This document shows, piece after piece, positions 47,605 to 56,282 of a stretch of DNA of 64,000 nt. A program made the position numbers and the translations under genes. The notes beneath the pieces are model-generated. The model was not told the origin of the DNA. It saw only the letters and a program-made list of their open reading frames with translations, and did no database searches. The stretch lies in assembly GCA_038065615.1 (NCBI GenBank), contig JBBTQQ010000007.1, positions 12,473-76,472 on the forward strand, read 5' to 3'. Each line of letters begins with the position of its first letter. Within the stretch, counting starts at the first letter, position 1. Source of the stretch: Patescibacteria group bacterium (lineage in GTDB: Bacteria > Patescibacteriota > Doudnabacteria > UBA920 > VMFF01).

Positions 47605-49920
47605 ATGGTCAAGAAACAACAAAAATTTAATACAAGTAAGTCTACAGTTTTTTGTAGCTTAGATATTGAAACCTCTGGGTTTGATCCTTCAGAGAGTGAA
47701 GTTTTAGAATTGGGCATGGTTTTTTTCGAGATTGAAAACAAGAGTATAAAAATACTGAGTGAGTGGCAATCTGTTTTCAAACCAATAAAAGAAGTTCCAC
47801 CAAGAATTCTCGCGCTAACAGGGATTAGTCAAGAAGAATTAGATGAAGCAGAATTTTTCAGAGACAAATACGATCAGATTCAAAGTCTTGTTAAAGATTG
47901 TGTCATAGTAGGACACAATATTAGTTTTGATATTAAATTCTTAGAGGGATTTGGTATTAAGTTTTCCGGAAAACAAATCGATACTCTTGATCTAGCTCAG
48001 ATGTTTTTGCCAAACAATCAATCATACAACCTTGAGGCATTAATGAATTTCTTAGAGGTTGATCACAAAGATGCCCACAGAGCACTGGCTGATGCAAAAG
48101 CAGTATTGGTTGTCATTGAAAGACTCTTGCAATATTTTGCAACTTTCTCTGAGAAACTTAAAAAAGAACTAAGAGATTTCTTTCCTTCTAAAAAGTTTCC
48201 TGAGTTTTCTAAATTTTTAGAAACCGATTTTAAACCAAGAGAGATAAAGGTTAGAGAAAGAAACTTAGAGATACGCGAAAGCAAAGAAATAACTAAAGCT
48301 TTAGAAGACGACCAAAAGATAGTGACCTTCCCTTTAGGATTTGAATATCAGTCATATATTTACGGTGCTTTAAAGAAAACAAAAGAAAAAATTCTTCTAG
48401 TCGTAGAGAACAAAAATATTGTGTATCAGCTTTGGAAACAAGGAGTTGCGTATCCTCTTTTTGCAAACAGAGACATTTTAAACAAGAGTGCTTTTGAAAA
48501 GTCCTTTAAGTCTAAAATGCCACTAGATCAGCGTTTTTTCTTAGCAAAAATGATGGTTTGGAAAGAAGCTAATTGGCAATCAGAATCACTTGTAGACCTT
48601 AATTTTTCATACACAGGCAATCAATTTAGAAGCCTGATATCTTATTCTGATGAGGAAGAATTAAAGTGGAGAATAGACGAAAAATCAAAGGTTATCGCAG
48701 TTGATTACACTGACTTTATTAATCTGAAAGATACTTCTAAGTTTTCAAAAAGAAAGTTAGTTATTCTTGATCTAAATGCTTTTGAACAGGCATTAACATT
48801 TGTTACAAGCAAAAAAGTCTCCTGGAATGATTTTCTATATTCATTCAAACAAATTTATGATCCCGAAACACAAAGAGGGAACAATCAATATGAAGATTTA
48901 GTTCGTGAATCTTTGGCAGAGGTTGATTTGTTCTTTGGTCTTGCTTCAATGAACTGGAAAAAAATAGATAGTGAGTCATATCAGTTTTTGGTTAATGAAA
49001 AAACAGAGGCTAATACTAACTACGAAGCAATCCAAATAGCGGCACAAAACTTCATAGCAAAGATTAAAAAGATAAACAAAACATTTAAGTCAGATCGTAT
49101 TGATCGTAATTTAGAATACTTGGAGAATTTTTTTGAAAGTGATCCAACGCAGATCCGTTGGATAGAGATTGGAGACAAAAGATTGGTTTTTTCTCTTGCA
49201 CCACTAAGTCTTGAAACAATCGCAACCGAGTTATTCAGTAATTACAAAAAAATACTATTTACAGCATCTCTTGGTTCAGAGAAATTAGTTCAATATTTTG
49301 AACATCGTTTGAATTTAAAAAACTTTGATTTAAAAAAAGTTGGACAGCAAGAATTAAGAAAAAGATTTGAAGTAATAATTTCAGCACAGAACTCTACTCC
49401 ACAAATTGACAGCGAGGGTTTAATGCGATTGTTGGAGAAATTAAACTATCCGGCTGCTTTGTTAATGCCAAGCTCTTCTGCATTAAGAACATTCTACGAA
49501 GCAAATTTCAAAAAACTTCAGGAAAAATACAAGGTTGCTGCTCAAAGTTACTCTGGTGGTTCAAACAAACTTCTAGAAAACTTTAGTATTCATTCAAATG
49601 GACTGTTAATAGCCACAGACAACTTCATTCTCAAGCAGAGTGCAAAGAGAATTAAGGTTAGAGACGTAGTTATGACCAGACTTCCTTTTGAACAGTTTAA
49701 GCACCCGCTTTTTGCAGCCCAAGCAGAAAAATACCCAAACCAATTCATCGATTTTAACATTCCAAGAGCATTACATAACTTCCACAGCATAATTCGTTTC
49801 TTTTTCAGCTCTGATCTTGAGAGGATATACATCTTAGATCAGAAAATACACAAGGATTATGGTAAATACTTCATTGAGTACTTAAAATCACTGCCTTTTG
49901 TAGATATCAAGTATGAATAG
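47605..49920 (+). CDS. DnaQ-type exonuclease fused to degenerate DinG-like helicase
   Basis: DIETSG, GHNISFD, HRALADA DEDDh motifs; C-terminal RLPFEQ..HP DinG-like region; no Walker A or DEAH. Confidence 0.8.
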   Translation: MVKKQQKFNTSKSTVFCSLDIETSGFDPSESEVLELGMVFFEIENKSIKILSEWQSVFKPIKEVPPRILALTGISQEELDEAEFFRDKYDQIQSLVKDCVIVGHNISFDIKFLEGFGIKFSGKQIDTLDLAQMFLPNNQSYNLEALMNFLEVDHKDAHRALADAKAVLVVIERLLQYFATFSEKLKKELRDFFPSKKFPEFSKFLETDFKPREIKVRERNLEIRESKEITKALEDDQKIVTFPLGFEYQSYIYGALKKTKEKILLVVENKNIVYQLWKQGVAYPLFANRDILNKSAFEKSFKSKMPLDQRFFLAKMMVWKEANWQSESLVDLNFSYTGNQFRSLISYSDEEELKWRIDEKSKVIAVDYTDFINLKDTSKFSKRKLVILDLNAFEQALTFVTSKKVSWNDFLYSFKQIYDPETQRGNNQYEDLVRESLAEVDLFFGLASMNWKKIDSESYQFLVNEKTEANTNYEAIQIAAQNFIAKIKKINKTFKSDRIDRNLEYLENFFESDPTQIRWIEIGDKRLVFSLAPLSLETIATELFSNYKKILFTASLGSEKLVQYFEHRLNLKNFDLKKVGQQELRKRFEVIISAQNSTPQIDSEGLMRLLEKLNYPAALLMPSSSALRTFYEANFKKLQEKYKVAAQSYSGGSNKLLENFSIHSNGLLIATDNFILKQSAKRIKVRDVVMTRLPFEQFKHPLFAAQAEKYPNQFIDFNIPRALHNFHSIIRFFFSSDLERIYILDQKIHKDYGKYFIEYLKSLPFVDIKYE

Positions 49921-50052
49921 GTGTGTATAACACAGGATATTAACAAGATATTTACACCCTTTTTGGCTCTTTTTTCTTCATTTGTTGGCTTTAGTTAGCC
50001 AAAATAGCACCAGAGAATTGACATTGGGTCAATTTCTGTGGTAATATATATG

Positions 50053-50477
50053 CGTAACGTTTTCCACAGCACCTTAACAAATACAAACTACAGACAGGGA
50101 CTTGTTCCTAAGCAATTTGGGGCCAATTCTCTTGTTACTTCTCGTCATAGCCTATTTAAGTCGTAGGCTGATTGAAAACAAAAACAAAATGAAGAGGTTT
50201 TTCCTTACCTTAAAAGGACAAAAATATAAAACACATACAAACAAAAAGTTTCGTTTAGGTCTACGGACCACAAGAGAAGTACAAGGTCTATAGTTTGTAA
50301 CTCGACTTAGTTACAGGCGTTAAAGTTGGTTTCTATGCATGTATTTCCTCCTGCATTAGGTTTAGGGCTTAAAAGGTTTAAGCCCTGCATCTAATGTGGG
50401 GAGAAGTCGCCGAAATCGACTATAAAGGCCCTCGGGGCTTAAAATTTATTTTATGAGCTCGCCGCAGGGCCTTTTTG
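50053..50477 (+). ncRNA. Candidate large structured ncRNA (~420 nt)
   Basis: TTGACA(50018)-18-TAATAT(50042) promoter, long-range stems, UACG tetraloop, terminator 50424-50476. Confidence 0.6.
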
Positions 50478-50559
50478 CATTTTTAAGTGGATTTATCTAG
50501 AGCTTGTCAGGCTCTTTTTTTAATATATAATAACTATGTAATTAAACGTTACGAAAAAA

Positions 50560-50868
50560 ATGCCCTCCAAAGAATTTGTGGAAAAAATGAAAGAAAGATT
50601 GTTAGAGGAAAAAGAACGTCTTTCAGAAGAATTAAGCGAACTATCATCACATACTGAGATGGGTGATGAAGATGATGAGAATGCTCAAGAAGTTGGTAAT
50701 GATGAGGTTAGTCAAGATATTGCCGCAACCCTAAAAGCAGATCTTGGAAAGATTGAGTCAGCTTTAAAGAGAATCGAAGATGGAAGTTATGGTATGACTG
50801 CTGAAGGACAGGAAATTCCAGAAGCAAGATTAGAAGTTTTGCCTTGGGCAGATTCAATAGTTGAATAA
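50560..50868 (+). CDS. DksA/TraR family protein lacking the C4 zinc finger
   Basis: Coiled coil with DEDDENA tip, ALKRIEDGSYG...IPEARLEVLPWA; no Cys. Confidence 0.8.
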   Translation: MPSKEFVEKMKERLLEEKERLSEELSELSSHTEMGDEDDENAQEVGNDEVSQDIAATLKADLGKIESALKRIEDGSYGMTAEGQEIPEARLEVLPWADSIVE

Positions 50869-50872
50869 CAAA

Positions 50873-51286
50873 ATGAAAAACATTAAGGAAAAGATAGCAT
50901 ACTCCTTACTGTTTTTTTTATTCTTTTTTCTTGATCAAACAACAAAGCACTTTGTTTTTAAAAAGCATAGTGCTTTAATATTTGAAAACGAAAACTTTGT
51001 TTTTAGTTTAAAAGTTCCGACTCCTTTGATGTATTTAACATACATCATTCTTTTAGGACTGCTTTTAAACTGGTTTTCAAAAAAACAAAACAAAAATACT
51101 CTAGACAAACTTGGTTTTGTCTTAATCTTTTCAGGAGCTGTTTCAAATATTTCAGAACGTTTGTTTAATGGTTTTGTGATTGATTTCGTTCACATATATA
51201 ATGGGGTTTTTAATGTTGCAGATTTTTTTATAATTTTAGGAATTATTCTCTTGTTCTTCTCAAAAGACGAGTTAATGAAAAATTAA
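50873..51286 (+). CDS. lspA: Lipoprotein signal peptidase-like
   Basis: LDQTTK, GAVSNISER, VIDF, FNVAD. Confidence 0.85.
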   Translation: MKNIKEKIAYSLLFFLFFFLDQTTKHFVFKKHSALIFENENFVFSLKVPTPLMYLTYIILLGLLLNWFSKKQNKNTLDKLGFVLIFSGAVSNISERLFNGFVIDFVHIYNGVFNVADFFIILGIILLFFSKDELMKN

Positions 51287-51319
51287 CGAATATTTAATCT
51301 TTTTTGCGTATAGTATATG

Positions 51320-51504
51320 ACAGCAAAATCATTAACTATTCTTTCCGTGAAGCGAAAACGCATCTTCGGGATTAGAGAGGTCTCTTTCTTGCAGACGCTT
51401 CAAAAAAGAAATCAAAGAGCGGATCAGAGCATGTCTCCGCACCCTCCGCTTTACAGAATCCGTTTCAACGGATTTCCTCGGATTAAAGTTAATGATTTTG
51501 CTGT
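51320..51504 (+). ncRNA. Candidate structured ncRNA (~185 nt) closed by an 18-bp perfect stem
   Basis: ACAGCAAAATCATTAACT (51320-51337) / AGTTAATGATTTTGCTGT (51487-51504); TATAGT at 51309; three internal helices. Confidence 0.6.
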
Positions 51505-51568
51505 TTTCTTTTAGAGTTAAACATCAGAATATGCTAGAATTGTTTTGTAAGTAACCTTTAGAAACAAA

Positions 51569-52885
51569 ATGGACAAAACAAAGATATATTGGGCTGTTGG
51601 AGGAGTAGGAGCTATATTACTTGTAATCTTCCTTGGCTGGTTCTTCTTTTTTAGGGGTTCAAGCTCACCAAGCGGCGGAAATACTAGTCAGAAACTGATC
51701 TTAAACATTTGGGGAGTCTTTGAAACATCAGAAGGAATGAACACTTTCATTACTGAATTCAACAAGAATAACCCTAATGTTGAAGTTACGTATTCTCAGC
51801 GCAATGTTGATACTTACGAAGACGATTTAATCAACGCCTTAGCTATCAACCAAGGTCCTGATATTTTTGTAATACATAATGACTGGTTACCTAAATACCA
51901 GAACAAACTTTTACCAGCCCCGGATAATCTAGTTTCATTAAGAGATTACAAGAATAATTTTGTTGACACAGTGTATTCTGATTTTGTTTCTGAAAACAAA
52001 ATCTGGGCAGCTCCAATTGCAATAGACAGTTTAGCTTTGTATTACAACAAAGATATTCTAGGAAGCGCGAGCATCGCGGTTCCTGCGACAACATGGCAAG
52101 AGCTAAAGAACCAAAGTCAGAGAATAACAAACAGAGGAGCAGGATCATTCTTTAACAGATCAGGTGTTGCTCTTGGTACAAACGCAAATATTAATCGCAC
52201 TGTTGATATTTTATACTTGTTAATGTTACAAGACAGAGTTGAACCATACAGCAGTGATTTTTCACAACCAACATTTGATCAAGCAATAACTCAAAAAGAT
52301 GGAAGCTCGTTCTTCCCAGCCGCTGATGCTTTAAATTTCTACACTAGCTTTTCAAATCCAACATCTGATAACTATACATGGAATAGCCGTTCAAACTATT
52401 CAATTGATGCTTTTGCAAATGGCGAGCTCGGATATATGTATGGGTATTACTATGCTCGTGATTTAATTGCGCAGAAAGCTCCAAATTTAAATTATGATAT
52501 TACGCCAGTACCACAGCCTGATAACATCCAGACTCTTGTTAACTTCGCAAACTACTGGGGCTTTGCAGTTTCAAAGCAAACAAAAAATCCAAACACTGCT
52601 TGGAACTTTATAAAAGCAATGACCAGCAAAAGCGCTCTTAAAAAATATTACGAGGTAAACAAAATGCCCTCACCAAGAAAAGACATCATAAACGAACAGA
52701 TTGGTGATCCTGAAATTGGTGTTTTTGCTTCAGCAAACCTAACTGCCAAATCTTTCTACAAAAAAGACCAAGTTAAGGCTGATGGCATCTTCCAAACAAT
52801 GATAGATGACATCATTTTAAGGGGAAGAACCATTGAAAATGCGATCTCAACAGCAGCGCAGAAGATATCAGGACTTGGACAATAG
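51569..52885 (+). CDS. Extracellular solute-binding protein (sugar-binding family 1-like)
   Basis: N-terminal TM, GPDIF, LALYYNKD, PATTWQEL, ANYWGFAVSK. Confidence 0.85.
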   Translation: MDKTKIYWAVGGVGAILLVIFLGWFFFFRGSSSPSGGNTSQKLILNIWGVFETSEGMNTFITEFNKNNPNVEVTYSQRNVDTYEDDLINALAINQGPDIFVIHNDWLPKYQNKLLPAPDNLVSLRDYKNNFVDTVYSDFVSENKIWAAPIAIDSLALYYNKDILGSASIAVPATTWQELKNQSQRITNRGAGSFFNRSGVALGTNANINRTVDILYLLMLQDRVEPYSSDFSQPTFDQAITQKDGSSFFPAADALNFYTSFSNPTSDNYTWNSRSNYSIDAFANGELGYMYGYYYARDLIAQKAPNLNYDITPVPQPDNIQTLVNFANYWGFAVSKQTKNPNTAWNFIKAMTSKSALKKYYEVNKMPSPRKDIINEQIGDPEIGVFASANLTAKSFYKKDQVKADGIFQTMIDDIILRGRTIENAISTAAQKISGLGQ

Positions 52886-52931
52886 CTAAAAAGATAGTTA
52901 TTTGTGATATAATAAAGGAAAGAGATCGCAA

Positions 52932-53459
52932 ATGAACTCAAAAACAAAAATCAAGATTTTCGCGATATTAATGGGTATAAACCTTTTTAGCGTTGCTTCA
53001 GTTTTTGCTGCTAATCCAAAAGGATCTGGTTTAACTGTTTGCGGTAATTCAACCACAGCACAGATTCAAACATATCAGGATTGGTTAATACAGCATCCCA
53101 AAAACGGTGTTGAGTACCAAGCCAAACAGGATCAGTGGTACATAGATGAACAGAAACAGCGTGATTTAGCAGGAATGTGTGCACCTAAAGATATATACAA
53201 ACAGATTGGTAGGATTATAAACTTCCTGGTTGGTATATCTACTGCATACTTGGTTTTCAAACTTGCTTTTGCCGGATATATTATGGCAGTGTTTAAAGGT
53301 AATGAAACAGCCTTAACAGAAGCGAAAACTCAGATCGGTCATAGCATTACTGGAATGGTTTTAATTTTTGGAGCATACTTAACAGTAATGACTTTCTTTG
53401 GAGACATTTTTGGTGTAAACATACGTTTGCCATTAGGGATAAACTTGTTTGAAAAATAA
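52932..53459 (+). CDS. Pilin-like protein (VirB2/TrbC-like)
   Basis: Signal peptide; C-terminal TM-GNE...AK..I...ITG-TM hairpin. Confidence 0.7.
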   Translation: MNSKTKIKIFAILMGINLFSVASVFAANPKGSGLTVCGNSTTAQIQTYQDWLIQHPKNGVEYQAKQDQWYIDEQKQRDLAGMCAPKDIYKQIGRIINFLVGISTAYLVFKLAFAGYIMAVFKGNETALTEAKTQIGHSITGMVLIFGAYLTVMTFFGDIFGVNIRLPLGINLFEK

Positions 53460-53460
53460 T

Positions 53461-54237
53461 ATGATAAAAAACAAACTCGTTAAATTTTTAGCATCTATTG
53501 TATTAGCGTTCTCAGTTTTGTTAATGCCGATGCTTATTTTTGCAGCGCAGCCAAAAGTAGATTTTTCTACTGTGTTTTTTGATGGCACTCAACAAAAACC
53601 ATTAGTGGATGTGACTCCAGTAGTTGGTGATAGGATAATTTTTCATATAGCAATAAATAGCAATCCAGTATATTCATACTCAAATGTAAAAATTAAGATT
53701 AATGTAGACAAAACATATCTTGCGTTATCAAATACCTCTTTCGGAACAGGGTATACAGTTGGAGAAGTAAAAGCTAAAAGCACCCAAAGGCTTTTTGATC
53801 CAGAAGCAACTTTAATGAAGTTGGGCGATTTTAAAGTAACAGTAACAGTAACTGCAGACAATAGCGAAATAAATGCCCAAGAATATAATTTGAATTTCTC
53901 TGGTTCTTCTCGGCCAACTCAGCCTCTTAGGAGCAATGATGGAGGCTCATGTGTTATAGACGGATTTAATACATCAGATACTAAACTCTGCAACCCACTA
54001 CCTGACAAGAATCTAGGAGAGTTAGTATATAGGTTAATCAATTATATTTTGATAGGGATCTCATCAATGGCTATTGTTACGGTTGTTATAGCCGCGTTTA
54101 TAATCGTGAGTTCTCAAGGAAACGAAGAAGCCATTAAAGGGGCTAAAACATCCATTTCATGGGCTGTTGTGGGAATTGTTCTCGCTCTACTTGCGTATTC
54201 CATCGCATCAATTATTGAAAGTGCAGTAACAAGATAA
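53461..54237 (+). CDS. Pilin-like protein with N-terminal beta-rich domain
   Basis: C-terminal NPL...SQGNEEAIKGAKTSISWAVVG. Confidence 0.75.
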   Translation: MIKNKLVKFLASIVLAFSVLLMPMLIFAAQPKVDFSTVFFDGTQQKPLVDVTPVVGDRIIFHIAINSNPVYSYSNVKIKINVDKTYLALSNTSFGTGYTVGEVKAKSTQRLFDPEATLMKLGDFKVTVTVTADNSEINAQEYNLNFSGSSRPTQPLRSNDGGSCVIDGFNTSDTKLCNPLPDKNLGELVYRLINYILIGISSMAIVTVVIAAFIIVSSQGNEEAIKGAKTSISWAVVGIVLALLAYSIASIIESAVTR

Positions 54238-54239
54238 CT

Positions 54240-55097
54240 ATGAAAAAACTTTTTTCAATCATATTCTTCATCGCGATAGCAACAATGCCAATAATAGCTT
54301 TAGCATCTTTTGATCCACAATGTCCTGGAACAGAAAAGTCTTTGGGATTACTCGCCCCTCTTTTCCATACGAAAATTTGTAGCCTTAATGAACTGGCTTT
54401 ATTTGCAGTTAATTTTCTTTTAAGTATTATCGCTGTCATCTCAGTCCTCTTTGTTGTTATAGGAGGCTTTAGGTATGTTACTTCAAATGGAAATGAAGAA
54501 GCAGCCTCAAAAGGTAGAGCAACAATTACTAACGCCATAATTGGTTTAGTAATAGCAATGCTTTCATATACAATCATCCGGGTTTCGGTTAACACGTTTT
54601 CTGATAGCTTTAATCCAGGGGCTTCAAGTAAAACACAAAGTCAGCCTCAATCCCAATCTCAAACAACAAATCCAAATAATGCTGTTCAAGCATCATACTC
54701 TAACCTAGTTTCAGGGATTAATTTATCAGCAAAAGCAAATGGGGAATTAATAGTTAATGCAAGCGGATCAGTCAAAGATATCCAAGCAACCTGTCCTGAT
54801 TTTGTTGGAGCAACAGTGAAAGGATCGGCAATTGTTACACATTCTGTATTGGATGCGCATAACACAAAGCTTTTTGATATGAAACCTCAAATCGTAGATG
54901 ATATGTCTATAAACGGTGATTCTTTTTCAGCTGTTTTAAACTGGGCCGCTGGTTTCTCAGAACCATTGATACGTAATGGTGAGACTGACTCCTCAGTAGT
55001 TTTACACCTAGAATATGATCCAGGAGCAGGTTGTTCAAAGATAGAGATGGATAAAACATATAATTCAAGGGAATTAATCGGTTCAGGTGGTATTTAA
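54240..55097 (+). CDS. Pilin-like protein with C-terminal extension
   Basis: GGFRYVTSNGNEEAASKGRATITNAIIG. Confidence 0.78.
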   Translation: MKKLFSIIFFIAIATMPIIALASFDPQCPGTEKSLGLLAPLFHTKICSLNELALFAVNFLLSIIAVISVLFVVIGGFRYVTSNGNEEAASKGRATITNAIIGLVIAMLSYTIIRVSVNTFSDSFNPGASSKTQSQPQSQSQTTNPNNAVQASYSNLVSGINLSAKANGELIVNASGSVKDIQATCPDFVGATVKGSAIVTHSVLDAHNTKLFDMKPQIVDDMSINGDSFSAVLNWAAGFSEPLIRNGETDSSVVLHLEYDPGAGCSKIEMDKTYNSRELIGSGGI

Positions 55098-55152
55098 CAA
55101 GACTGTTTTCCTTTTACTAATAATTATTGTATAATTTAAGACATGGAAGGGG

Positions 55153-55575
55153 GTGAGAAATTTGAAACTAAGCAAAATTAATTTCCTAAAAGTTGGCGAG
55201 GTAATATTAGCTTTAACATTGGTACTAGCACCAGTAGCTTTTTCTGTAGCCGCTACAATATATCAGCCAGATTGTAGCTCATTAGGTGGTGTTCGTTGTG
55301 ATTCTACAAATACAGGAATTAACGACATAATCATAAAGGTATTGAATATCTTGTTGGGAGTAGCTTTCTTGGTTGCCGTATTATTCTTAGTTATTGGCGG
55401 TTTCCGATACATCACCTCAGCAGGTAATGAAGAAGTCGCAGGTAAAGGAAGAGCAACAATCATTAATGCTTTAATCGGTGTTGTGGTAATTATTCTTTCA
55501 TACGTAATAGTCCAGGTGGTAGCAAGAACAGTTACAACTACAGGAAATACTACAGGAACCCCAACTCCTACCTAG
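55153..55575 (+). CDS. Pilin (VirB2/TrbC-like)
   Basis: GGFRYITSAGNEEVAGKGRATIINALIG. Confidence 0.8.
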   Translation: MRNLKLSKINFLKVGEVILALTLVLAPVAFSVAATIYQPDCSSLGGVRCDSTNTGINDIIIKVLNILLGVAFLVAVLFLVIGGFRYITSAGNEEVAGKGRATIINALIGVVVIILSYVIVQVVARTVTTTGNTTGTPTPT

Positions 55576-55614
55576 TTAATTTAGATTATTCTTTTAAGAG
55601 AGTGAGGTGAAAAA

Positions 55615-56082
55615 ATGAAAAAAAAGATTTTAACATTAGCTTTCGCATTAATCTTGGGTGGAACAAGTCTTTTTGCTTTTTCACCTCTGATTCCAGAAGT
55701 CTCTGCAGCAGCATCTGACCCAAGCATTTGTGGAATGACGGGCAAAGGTGTTTTGCAAGAAGGGACTATTTTAGTACCCGATCCTAAAACTGGATTATGT
55801 ATTCCAATGAAAGCTGGGGATGTAAACAGACCTGACACTGTAAACACTTTGTTGATCAGGATCATAAACATAATCTTGTCAGTATCAGCAAGCTTCGCGA
55901 TCTTGTTCATTGTCATTGGTGGCTTTAGATACATTACTTCAGCAGGTAACGAAGAAGTAGCCGGCAAGGGCAGGCAAACATTGGTTAATGCAATTATAGG
56001 TTTAGTTATTGTAATCTTGGCGTATACGATCGTTCGTATTGCTGTTAATACCACAAGTAGTGGCGGATTCTTTGGCTTTTAA
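55615..56082 (+). CDS. Pilin (VirB2/TrbC-like)
   Basis: GGFRYITSAGNEEVAGKGRQTLVNAIIG; GAGGTGA SD. Confidence 0.8.
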   Translation: MKKKILTLAFALILGGTSLFAFSPLIPEVSAAASDPSICGMTGKGVLQEGTILVPDPKTGLCIPMKAGDVNRPDTVNTLLIRIINIILSVSASFAILFIVIGGFRYITSAGNEEVAGKGRQTLVNAIIGLVIVILAYTIVRIAVNTTSSGGFFGF

Positions 56083-56091
56083 TGACCTAGT

Positions 56092-56119
56092 AAAAAAGCC
56101 CCTAAACAGGGGCTTTTTT
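56092..56119 (+). terminator. Terminator after pilin array
   Basis: AAAAAAGCCCCT...AGGGGCTTTTTT. Confidence 0.85.
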
Positions 56120-56162
56120 AATTCCTCAACAAATGTTAATATTCATTAAGCTAAACACTTAA

Positions 56163-56249
56163 GCCGACGTGGCGGAATTGGCATACGCGCATGCCTTAGG
56201 AGCATGTTCCTTAACGGGAGTGAGAGTTCAAGTCTCTCCGTCGGCACCA
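56163..56249 (+). tRNA. tRNA-Leu(UAG)
   Basis: CATGC-CT-TAG-GA-GCATG, long variable arm, CCA. Confidence 0.95.
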
Positions 56250-56282
56250 AGAATAACAGATAAAATATATAAAAGAAGAAAT

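Noticed and set aside
50053-50477. tmRNA, RNase P RNA, SRP RNA or T-box identity for the large RNA
   Set aside because: No tRNA-like ends with CCA, no GAGGAAAGTCC, no SRP GGAA domain, no T-box consensus seen
54460-56005. DGR or recent gene conversion among pilin repeats
   Set aside because: Differences are mostly synonymous and not adenine-specific; no reverse transcriptase in the window
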